A stretch of 64,000 nt of DNA from assembly GCA_903870175.1 (NCBI GenBank), contig CAIQBY010000166.1, positions 1,395 to 65,394 on the forward strand, in the 5' to 3' direction. The stretch's first letter is position 1; each line of letters starts with the position of its first letter. The notes beneath the pieces are model-generated. The model worked only from the letters and a program-made list of their open reading frames with translations. It made no database searches and was not told where the DNA came from. This document shows positions 56,127 through 64,000 of the stretch, one piece after another. This DNA is from an uncultured Bacteroidota bacterium (GTDB lineage: Bacteria; Bacteroidota; Bacteroidia; 2-12-FULL-35-15). The position numbers and the translations under genes were made by a program.

Positions 56127-56429
56127 TTACAGCAATGGATATTTTTCGTTAAAATCTGAAGCAATATCCTCAATTATCATTGCTTTTTCATAAACAATAA
56201 TAACATCTAAATTCAAACCTTTCATCTTTTCAGAGTGATCTTTGTTTAAATCTAAATTTTCAAAACTATTTATTTGAGGCTTGGTCCGCGGTTCATTTTT
56301 TGAGCTAACCAATTCGCAGAGATAAACTTTTTTTATGGTTATCTTCTCTTTAAATTCTTCAATATGTAATTGCTTTCCAATAAATTTGGAAAACTCTTTT
56401 GCTTTATCAAGTGCTTCCTTGTATTCCAT
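56127..56429 (-). CDS. Hypothetical protein
   Basis: 100 aa ORF with no motifs. Confidence 0.4.
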   Translation of the reverse strand: MEYKEALDKAKEFSKFIGKQLHIEEFKEKITIKKVYLCELVSSKNEPRTKPQINSFENLDLNKDHSEKMKGLNLDVIIVYEKAMIIEDIASDFNEKYPLL

Positions 56430-56615
56430 TTTATTTTTTTGTAGTATTAATTATAATCTTTGGTAATATTAGTAAATATTCTTGTATTACTAATTCAATT
56501 TTATACATTTTTATGAAATTTAGTTGTGAATTCATTTTGAATATTTCGAGTTATTTTTTTCAATTGACATTTAATTATCTTTGACAAATAAATCAGAATA
56601 CTAATTCAAAAAATA

Positions 56616-57164
56616 ATGCAGACTTACATTTCGATTTTAAGGGGAATAAATGTTAGTGGAAAAAGAATAATAAAAATGGAGGACTTGCGCAAAATGTTCG
56701 AAACTTTTAATTTCAAAAACACTACGACATATATCCAAAGCGGGAATGTAGTTTTTCAGTCTGTTAAAAAGAATAATGAAGATTTGGAGAATAGAATATC
56801 CAGACAGATTTTAAATCAATTTGGATTTGAAGTACCAGTTATAGTGAAAAACAAGGATGAATTTGTTGAAGTATTAAATAACAATCCTTTTGTTAAAGTT
56901 AGAAAAGAAGATACATCAAAACTTCATGTTACATTTTTGTCAAAGGCACCGGAAACAAATTTGATTGATAAAATAACAACAGGTAATTATGGTGAAGATG
57001 AATTCATCTTGTCAGGAACCACCATTTATTTGTTTTGCCCCAACGGCTATGGAAACACTAAGCTTAGTAACGCTTTTTTCGAATCAAAATTAAAAGTTGT
57101 TGCTACAACTAGAAACTGGAAAACAATTAATGAATTAGTAAGAATTGCAGGCAGTATGCCGTAA
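56616..57164 (+). CDS. DUF1697-family protein
   Basis: 182 aa. MQTYISILRGINVSGKRIIKMEDL..YIQSGNVVF is typical of DUF1697. Confidence 0.75.
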   Translation: MQTYISILRGINVSGKRIIKMEDLRKMFETFNFKNTTTYIQSGNVVFQSVKKNNEDLENRISRQILNQFGFEVPVIVKNKDEFVEVLNNNPFVKVRKEDTSKLHVTFLSKAPETNLIDKITTGNYGEDEFILSGTTIYLFCPNGYGNTKLSNAFFESKLKVVATTRNWKTINELVRIAGSMP

Positions 57165-57165
57165 A

Positions 57166-57531
57166 TTAAAATTTATAGCACAAATTATTCTTCATTTTCC
57201 CCTTTTTCTTTACTCGCCTTCCTCCTTTTCTAAACAAATAATTTCTTGTTTTAAAATGAAATTTTCTGAATGTAAACCCAACAATATTTCCATTTGCCTT
57301 ACCGGATTTTAATGAAATTGAAATCCCCTTCTCGCCTTTACTCTTCTTGAACTCATCTTCTGCCATTTTCTGATATTTATGACAGGGGCAATCCGGATTT
57401 CTCGGGTCATTTAATGCATAGTTTCGTTTCAAACTATCTGTTGGCGCATTCGCTTTTAGCAATGAAGCACTAAAAATAAACCATAGATTAAACAGACAAT
57501 AAGGAATTAATATTTTATGAATAGTTCTCAT
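57166..57531 (-). CDS. Hypothetical secreted basic protein, downstream of A2M in same orientation
   Basis: 121 aa. Signal peptide, then a CPCH motif and a Lys/Arg-rich C-terminus. Confidence 0.4.
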   Translation of the reverse strand: MRTIHKILIPYCLFNLWFIFSASLLKANAPTDSLKRNYALNDPRNPDCPCHKYQKMAEDEFKKSKGEKGISISLKSGKANGNIVGFTFRKFHFKTRNYLFRKGGRRVKKKGKMKNNLCYKF

Positions 57532-57570
57532 CCTTCTTACCTGTTTAATCCATGGTTTTAAATAATCAAT

Positions 57571-60500
57571 TTATATTTTTGGTTTTACGATTTTCACTCT
57601 ATTCATTCCGCTCCAGGTTTTATATTCATTGGTATAATATAAGTAGGCGGATGAAGCAGGAGCATCGTATTCGCCGGGCATTTCAGCTTTCAAATCCAGA
57701 TTGATTTCTTTTACTGCATTAGGTGCCATACAACGATAATATACTGCGATATTATTTCCTGAAACTTCGTAATAGTCAAACACTTTTTTCTCCTGCATTT
57801 CCTTTAATTGCCAAGGCTGAACAGTAAATCCTGCAGGTATTCCTATAATTGCCATAGTACTTGGTATGCCTTTATTTTCTCTATTGGTAAGCGTAGCAGC
57901 CATTCTTAATGTTTCACCAACATTGGCTGTTTTAGCAGATAATTTAGTAGTGAAATTTACAGCACATTCTTTTGCACTGGCAGGTAATGTTGTATTCCAG
58001 CTCACCGAAACTGAATAAGGCAAAGGCGTTTTCACTCCAATGTATTTTACTTTCAGCGTGTGTTGACCTTCTCCATTGATGTATTGTCCAATATTATCAA
58101 TTACCAACGCATCCTTTTCTCCTGCTTTATATGATTTATCAGTTACTTTTTTGCCATCAACATAAATTGCAACAGTGCCATTTTCATTTGTTTTCTTACT
58201 TGCCTTGGCATATTCTGTCAACGCTTTTAATGCAAGAATTGTTCCCTGTGTGTTACCGAATTCACCATAACCACTGCGCGAACCCACAATATATTTTACA
58301 CCACTTGCAAGTGCATTTGCATTTCTGTTTCCCGATTTGATTATTGCCAGCACAGCTAATGAAGAAGTTTCAATTGTCAACGATTGCCCGGTAGAATAAG
58401 TAATTGAATGTTCGGCACCTGTCCAGCTTCCGTTCTTTTCCTGTTTTGTCAACAGCAAATCCAACGCTTCATTTGCTTTCTCTTTTTCATTAAGATTATA
58501 TGCCGAACAGGCTACCAATCCCAATACATAAGGGTCTTTACTTTTCATTGCATAATTATACGAAGCAGCGAATTCCTTTTTCATATCCGTAAATCCTGCT
58601 TCGGATAAGGCATACACAATATACGCATCAGTTATTTCTTTTCTTGCTCTTCCAAAATTATCCAGTGCTTCTGCGCTTCTTTTAAATCCTCCATCTCCGT
58701 CTCTTCTGCTGAATAACCAGTTGGCTGTGCGTTCTACCATTTTATCATCCACTTTCTCACCTGCCCTTTTCATATCACTGAACTGCATCAAGCCGTAAGC
58801 AGTCAATGCTTCATGCCCCGGATTACTGCCAAACCATTCATATCCTCTGTCTTTGGTTTCAAATGTTATTAATCTTTTATACCCTTTATCAAGCAAATTG
58901 CCTGCGTATGAAATCGTCTTGTCATCTTTGCTGTCCGTTGCTTTCAAGTAATCAAGCACCATTGCATTAGGGTACGAACTCATTGAAGTCTGTTCAAAAC
59001 AGCCGTACGGCTCACGAAGTATTCCTTCCACACCTTTCATCAAATCGGAAACTACATTTGGATAAGCCGTAAACGAAGCTTTTAATGAGCCATTCACCAC
59101 ATTTGTCATATCAAAAGAATATTCCTTTTCAACCTCCTGTCCCGAGAACGAAGCATTCACAGGGAATCCCTTAGGTGCAATTTTTATTGATTGCGTAAAT
59201 GCATCTCCCAATCCGCACGATTTAAAACTGATTGTAAAATCTCCATAACCAATTTTATCAAGCACTTTATAATCAAGATAAATTGTTTTTGCCTTGCCAG
59301 GCATTATGGTTTGTACCGATGGAATTTCAGCCAGCGATTTTAATCCGTCAGGCGATGTTATTGTAATCACCCCTCCCAAAGGCTTATCAGTATTATTCTT
59401 TAAAGTCAACGGGATAGAAACATTATCCTCTGTAGCTACTTCCACAGGTATTTTTGTACTCATTGCAAAAGGCAATTGTGTAAATACATTTTTCTCTGTT
59501 CTTCCTATAGACCCATCAGACGCAATGCCTTCAACTGTAGTACGGAAAGACGTAATATCATCACTTGCATAAAACTCAACAGTTTTTGTTCCTGTTCTAT
59601 CCACTTCCACATTCGGATTCCAATAAATTGTATTTCTGAAATCTGTTCTGTTTTCCACTGTTTCCTGTTTATCATAAACGGGTGCGGCAAACTGTCTTGC
59701 CCTGTAATAAACAGATGCAGCCATTTGTTGTTCAGCAAGACCATTTATATTCTTTTGTTTTCCTTTTTCTGCAACTGTATCTTCCATCCTGAAACGCTCA
59801 TTACGATTATCATTTGCTTTAGCCGCAACTTCCTTCAAATTCAGATTCGCTTCCTTTGTTTCACCCTTCACTTTTGTAACATCTGCAACTGCAAAGTTCA
59901 CATTAGCTGCTAACACATCCGGCTGTCTTTCTGCTTTATCTTTTTTCCCTTCATGTTTTGCCAATGCCATTTTCATCGGACGTTTCTCCAGCTTCTTTTC
60001 ATCTGCTCTTTCTACCTCCATTGCAGGTAAATCTTCCTGATTTGCTCCTCTGGCAGCAGCCACCGGCGCATTCACCATCATCTCATCCATCTCAGGTCTT
60101 CCTTGCGCTACTTTATTCACACCTCCTCCGTAATAACCATAATTATAATAATTGGTTGGATATAAATAATAAACCTGATTATCACCATATCCATTTATCG
60201 CCTGAACCTGCGATGTATAGGCATTTTTCGACATTGTCAAATTCACAGGAGAACTTAAATCCAGTTTATTGAAAATAAATTTACCATTTTCATCTGTCTC
60301 ATAATCTGCACCTGCATTCACTTTTATCTTAGCATTGGCAAGCGGTTTCCCGGTTACAGCATCCATCACAATTCCCGAAACAATTGCTTTTTCATTTTGA
60401 TAAGCTACCTGTGGTAAATTATCACCCATCATTTTTTCCCATGTAAACCGGCGCCAGCCCGATGTCATCAACAAATAATCAAGTGCCACATCTGCCTTCT

Positions 60501-62079
60501 GTTCTTTAGTGTCAAAATAAAATGCAGGCTCTTCCACTTTATCTTTTAAATCCTGCTGCAATAAAAGTTGCGATAGTATATTTCCTGATTTATCATCCGC
60601 AAACGAAAGCAGCTGATCATTTACTACCGCCATCGAAAGGTTTGCCGGCATTGGCATTCCGCGTTCATCTTTTACAGTCAGCGTCATTTTTATTTTCTCA
60701 CGTGGCAGATATTTTTCCTTATCTGTCGCCACCGAAATACTTAATTGTTTGTCTTTATTTACAAACGCAAGTCGCTCGGCACGCGCTATTCCTTTCGAAT
60801 CAAACAAAGTGATTTGAGCAACGCCGATAGGAAAATTAGAAGTAGGAAATATAATTTTGTTTGCTCCTTTTTTCACATTCACAGCAGTCGAATAATAAAT
60901 CTTTCCTCTCACCTGAGCCACCAGCGACAGTTCTTCTGTCTCCGTAGTATTAATGTTTACGCCTATTTCGCCTGCTTTATTATTTTCAACATTCAAAACA
61001 TAACCTCTCTGGAAAGTTTCCGGCAACTTAAATGTTTCTTTTATTCCTTCCGGTTTAGTAATCCTCACCACATACTTTTCAGTAGCTTTCGGTGTAAAAT
61101 CAAATGCACCCATACCGTTATGAAAGCTGCTGAAAGAAGCTACCTGAGCACCTTTTTCGTTCTCTACTATTCCTTCCACATCCGCAGGTTTATTAAATTC
61201 ATTCATAGCTCTGAAAGCAACTTTACTTTCCAAACCACCAATTAAATCGCCTCCTTCAGGAAATAATTCAAATTTTATTTTATTTAATAATATAGGTATC
61301 GACCGCGAAACACTCTCCGTACTTCCATTATAATCAATAATCACATTCAATAATCCATCACTAGTTTTCAACTCTTTTGGCAAATTGAATTTTATATACT
61401 TAATTCCTGCTTCGTCCGTAATGTCCGATTTTGCAAGCAATTGAGCACCATCCAGATTCGCCACAAATCTTATTTTATAATCACCAAGCGGTTTATTTTC
61501 ATTCGTATTCAATTCCAGTTTCGCCACCACTTCATCGCCTGCACCAAATGCTTTACGCTCAAATTCCAGTTTCATTTTTAAGTTCGGCAACACCACATCC
61601 TGCACCTGCACATCCTTTTCAAACGCATTATTCTCCCCTTCATTTTTCATCCAGTTGGTATACGCACGCACTTTATACATCCCTCCCAGCGCCTCTTTAT
61701 CAAGCGCAAAATCTCCGGCAGCCACACCATTTTTAGCAATCAGATTTATCGATTTCTCCACCGTTCCCTTCGGATTCAAAAACTCAACATGCACTATCTC
61801 ACTCTTCGTACTCGCCTTCATCGACAGCCCATCCCGCACATAAGCACCAAACCAGATATTATCTCCCGGCTCATACATCGGCTTGTCAAACTGCACATAT
61901 ATGCGGTCTTCCGGCAACTGCTCATTATAGGTCGCCACCTTCTTTTTCAATGCACGGATAAAATCATTGTCCTGCGCCAGCTCATAATAATTTACAGGAC
62001 TGATAAACGCAACCAATGCCACCAAAGCAACACTCAATAGTGCTACAGGCAAAACTTTTTTCATTTTTAAATTTTTCAT
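57571..62079 (-). CDS. Alpha-2-macroglobulin family protein (bacterial A2M with MG domains and thioester-region motif CFEQ)
   Basis: The ORF extends to 62313, but its first 78 codons are the conserved intergenic element. The likely start is at 62079 or 62064 (MKNLKMKKVLPVALLSVALVALVAF signal peptide). ~1500 aa. Repeated MG/Ig-like domains, GCFEQ thioester-like motif, and a C-terminal receptor-binding-like domain. Confidence 0.85.
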   Translation of the reverse strand: MKNLKMKKVLPVALLSVALVALVAFISPVNYYELAQDNDFIRALKKKVATYNEQLPEDRIYVQFDKPMYEPGDNIWFGAYVRDGLSMKASTKSEIVHVEFLNPKGTVEKSINLIAKNGVAAGDFALDKEALGGMYKVRAYTNWMKNEGENNAFEKDVQVQDVVLPNLKMKLEFERKAFGAGDEVVAKLELNTNENKPLGDYKIRFVANLDGAQLLAKSDITDEAGIKYIKFNLPKELKTSDGLLNVIIDYNGSTESVSRSIPILLNKIKFELFPEGGDLIGGLESKVAFRAMNEFNKPADVEGIVENEKGAQVASFSSFHNGMGAFDFTPKATEKYVVRITKPEGIKETFKLPETFQRGYVLNVENNKAGEIGVNINTTETEELSLVAQVRGKIYYSTAVNVKKGANKIIFPTSNFPIGVAQITLFDSKGIARAERLAFVNKDKQLSISVATDKEKYLPREKIKMTLTVKDERGMPMPANLSMAVVNDQLLSFADDKSGNILSQLLLQQDLKDKVEEPAFYFDTKEQKADVALDYLLMTSGWRRFTWEKMMGDNLPQVAYQNEKAIVSGIVMDAVTGKPLANAKIKVNAGADYETDENGKFIFNKLDLSSPVNLTMSKNAYTSQVQAINGYGDNQVYYLYPTNYYNYGYYGGGVNKVAQGRPEMDEMMVNAPVAAARGANQEDLPAMEVERADEKKLEKRPMKMALAKHEGKKDKAERQPDVLAANVNFAVADVTKVKGETKEANLNLKEVAAKANDNRNERFRMEDTVAEKGKQKNINGLAEQQMAASVYYRARQFAAPVYDKQETVENRTDFRNTIYWNPNVEVDRTGTKTVEFYASDDITSFRTTVEGIASDGSIGRTEKNVFTQLPFAMSTKIPVEVATEDNVSIPLTLKNNTDKPLGGVITITSPDGLKSLAEIPSVQTIMPGKAKTIYLDYKVLDKIGYGDFTISFKSCGLGDAFTQSIKIAPKGFPVNASFSGQEVEKEYSFDMTNVVNGSLKASFTAYPNVVSDLMKGVEGILREPYGCFEQTSMSSYPNAMVLDYLKATDSKDDKTISYAGNLLDKGYKRLITFETKDRGYEWFGSNPGHEALTAYGLMQFSDMKRAGEKVDDKMVERTANWLFSRRDGDGGFKRSAEALDNFGRARKEITDAYIVYALSEAGFTDMKKEFAASYNYAMKSKDPYVLGLVACSAYNLNEKEKANEALDLLLTKQEKNGSWTGAEHSITYSTGQSLTIETSSLAVLAIIKSGNRNANALASGVKYIVGSRSGYGEFGNTQGTILALKALTEYAKASKKTNENGTVAIYVDGKKVTDKSYKAGEKDALVIDNIGQYINGEGQHTLKVKYIGVKTPLPYSVSVSWNTTLPASAKECAVNFTTKLSAKTANVGETLRMAATLTNRENKGIPSTMAIIGIPAGFTVQPWQLKEMQEKKVFDYYEVSGNNIAVYYRCMAPNAVKEINLDLKAEMPGEYDAPASSAYLYYTNEYKTWSGMNRVKIVKPKI

Positions 62080-62206
62080 TGTAATGGATTTTAAGTGAAT
62101 TATTAAATTGTTTTTATAGTGAGATGCATCCCCCTTTAAAATTCCATAAACAATTTTGAAATATTTTTTTTGGCGACCAAAGTTCCTGCCATCCATCAAG
62201 TTCGTT

Positions 62207-62310
62207 CCCGCTTTCCCCTCCAATCTTTTTATTTTTGAAGAAAAAATAAAAAGGATTTCCGGTACAATCGGGCGCAGTTGCAGCAGTATCGTCCTCCTCC
62301 AGTTTTCCAT
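62207..62310. ncRNA. Conserved ~105-nt intergenic element, copy 2. Contains hairpin CTTTTTATTTTT/AAAAATAAAAAG. Lies in 5' leader of A2M gene on minus strand
   Basis: See copy 1 at 45117..45220. Flanks are conserved (CCCGCTTTCCCCTCCAATCT ... GGATTTCCGGTAyAATCGGGCGCAGTTGCA ... ATCGTyCTCCT..AGTTTTCCAT). Confidence 0.45.
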
Positions 62311-62391
62311 CAAAGCACAAAAAAAGCCTCGTATTTCTACGAAGCTTTCTTCTTCAAACTTTTAAACTTTAAACTTTCAAACTTTGAACTA

Positions 62392-63312
62392 TTAAACCGC
62401 CACCGGCGTCACAAAATCAAAAGTCATTTTATCCACCTCACCTTTTATAAAATAATGTTTAAACGTTTTATCAGGAAACCCTGCCAGTACCACCGTCACA
62501 TTTTTATTACCATGAGTTACATACATCGGTTTGCAGTTCCCATTCACAGTACTGTCATTCTTCTTTTTCCCGATTGTTATTGAGCCGCCAATACTACCAA
62601 CACCATCCAGCGTAATCGTAGCAGCCATTCCTGTATGTCTCACCCCAATATCATCTCTCACAGCAGCCTTTTCAAGCCCCGTCACAAAACTCTCATTTAA
62701 TGGCAGAAAATTCGTTTTCAACCCAAGCATCTTATCAACACACATTCTCATCGTATCCACAAAAACAGTAATATCCACATTCGCAGTATCCGCCACCACA
62801 ATAATACTCTTGCTCACACCAATATTATCATTAAAATCATCAGCCATACTCACAGCAGCGTCCACCATCGCAGTCGTAATTTCATAATCCATAAAATCAG
62901 TATTCGCAAGCAGCACATCAGTAAATATTTTACTCCTCAAACTATCACCAAACCCCTTAATCTCCGAATCCTTCAACTCACCAATATCAGAGATCGACAT
63001 CTTCACCTGTCCCGCAAGCGTAGTATCGCCAAACTCAATAGCATACTGTTTCGCAATCGAAAAAAAACCGCCAACAGTAGTCGAAAACGATTTTTTCAAA
63101 TCCTCCTGCGACACCGTCACACTCTTTCCCGATTGCTCCTTCTGCGGCACCAGATTATTAATACTCTTTATCGAATCATTAAGAATATTCACCTGTTTAT
63201 TAAACGGCTTATAAATACTCCAGATTGCCGGATACGGGTCAATGTTCAAATAACTAATCAACTTCTTACCCCTGTTCAATTCCTTTGTTTGTTCAGCATT
63301 CAATTCATTCAT
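62392..63312 (-). CDS. Hypothetical protein upstream of A2M (same strand)
   Basis: 306 aa with no recognisable domain. No signal peptide. Confidence 0.45.
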   Translation of the reverse strand: MNELNAEQTKELNRGKKLISYLNIDPYPAIWSIYKPFNKQVNILNDSIKSINNLVPQKEQSGKSVTVSQEDLKKSFSTTVGGFFSIAKQYAIEFGDTTLAGQVKMSISDIGELKDSEIKGFGDSLRSKIFTDVLLANTDFMDYEITTAMVDAAVSMADDFNDNIGVSKSIIVVADTANVDITVFVDTMRMCVDKMLGLKTNFLPLNESFVTGLEKAAVRDDIGVRHTGMAATITLDGVGSIGGSITIGKKKNDSTVNGNCKPMYVTHGNKNVTVVLAGFPDKTFKHYFIKGEVDKMTFDFVTPVAV

Positions 63313-63536
63313 AGTTTCTATTTATTTAAGGTTATTAATTTATAATGCCCGAAACTATACAAACCAATCCAGCTTTCCCTTTTATTTATTTTTATTAAAT
63401 CCATCACCAAATGTATTTCGCATCATTAATTAAGGTAGATGTCCAAAAATGTTTTTCCCATCAAATGAAAATTTATTTTGTTCTTAATACCAAACAAAAA
63501 ACTCTTCACATTTTTTATGCAAAGAGTTTTTGTTTT

Positions 63537-63632
63537 TACGACTCCGTAGGAGTCAAATATTAATAACCCCCAGTGAAACTGGGGGTCAAAGATTCCCTCC
63601 CAATCTCACGACCCCAGCGGGGTCGAATAATT
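63537..63632. terminator. Cluster of three consecutive GC-rich hairpins (GACTCC..GGAGTC ; CCCCCAG..CTGGGGG ; CGACCCC..GGGGTCG)
   Basis: Three different 6-7 bp GC stems with 3-5 nt loops in a ~95-bp stretch downstream of the minus-strand gene 63636..63932. Confidence 0.45.
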
Positions 63633-63635
63633 AAT

Positions 63636-63932
63636 CTATCTTATCTGCCGCTGGATTTTTTCTTTAGATAAAATAACTTCATCCATAAGTACGAAAATAA
63701 AATTAACATTTTCATCTCCTGTATCTCTTAAAGCATCCCGTCCAAAATAAAAATACTCTCCATCAGGCATAAGGTCTGACCACTCTTTCCAAACACCAGA
63801 AGTCGCAATATTTACTATCATTAACGACAATCTTTCCTCCATTTCTTCCAATTGTTCAACCGCTTCCTTTAGCATATTTTGATAATCAGAAGATAAATTA
63901 TATAGTTCAGATATCTTGATTATTTCACCCAT
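63636..63932 (-). CDS. Hypothetical protein
   Basis: 98 aa acidic ORF with no motifs. Confidence 0.4.
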   Translation of the reverse strand: MGEIIKISELYNLSSDYQNMLKEAVEQLEEMEERLSLMIVNIATSGVWKEWSDLMPDGEYFYFGRDALRDTGDENVNFIFVLMDEVILSKEKIQRQIR

Positions 63933-64000
63933 TCTATTTTTTAATATTCCATGTGATACAATTTAAAATACCGCCCTCAGCCGCTATCTCTTTACTTTCA

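Noticed and set aside
59476-59913. 145-aa Cys-rich plus-strand ORF and other small ORFs within 57571-62079
   Set aside because: All are antisense to the long, well-supported A2M coding frame.
62080-62320. N-terminal 78-codon extension of the A2M ORF and the overlapping 68-aa ORF 62114-62320
   Set aside because: This region is the conserved structured element. A canonical signal-peptide start (MKNLKMKKVLPVALL…) lies downstream at 62079/62064. The extension is not conserved as protein: the differences map to compensatory hairpin changes.

Overview
This is an AT-rich chromosomal segment that looks like a Bacteroidota genome. The evidence is several proteins with type IX secretion (T9SS) C-terminal sorting tails, a fused ccoNO cbb3 oxidase gene, candidate TAnnTTTG -7 promoter boxes, and a patatin–Omp85 fusion. 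I found no rRNA, tRNA, CRISPR array, transposase or integrase genes.

The housekeeping backbone runs: RelA/SpoT, chorismate synthase, an OmpA/TolB-like protein, YidC, RdgB, a double D-Ala–D-Ala-ligase-like protein, cystathionine beta-synthase, an mlaEFD operon (minus strand), UspA, a REC–Crp regulator with a PAS histidine kinase, a complete cbb3 oxidase maturation and structural cluster (ccoI … ccoS-ccoNO-ccoQ-ccoP-ccoG-ccoH-TauE-like), a PTPS/QueD-family protein, HemN, UvrD/PcrA, glutathione peroxidase, RluD, a PASTA protein, and an alpha-2-macroglobulin.

Features worth a second look, in my order of interest:
- A tightly coupled three-gene operon at 16257–20161: a 185-aa unknown protein, an SNF2 helicase with a zinc-ribbon insertion and a C-terminal Mrr-type PD-(D/E)xK nuclease, and a leaderless periplasmic-binding-protein-fold protein. 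This is a candidate new restriction or defence module.
- A tiny secreted Gly/Pro/Cys peptide carrying a PEP-CTERM-like tripartite tail (PVPIDGG, TM helix, KK), immediately upstream of an XrtF-like exosortase.
- Four separate intergenic arrays of 21-bp-period tandem repeats with unrelated unit sequences.
- A roughly 105-nt intergenic element present twice, with a hairpin showing fully compensatory substitutions. One copy forms the 5' leader of the A2M gene.
- A T9SS gene pair sharing duplicated 5' (promoter plus signal peptide) and 3' (sorting tail) modules.
- A DUF433/DUF5615 toxin–antitoxin-like pair bracketed by 43-bp direct repeats of a terminator hairpin.
- A 900-aa tandem-Ddl fusion.
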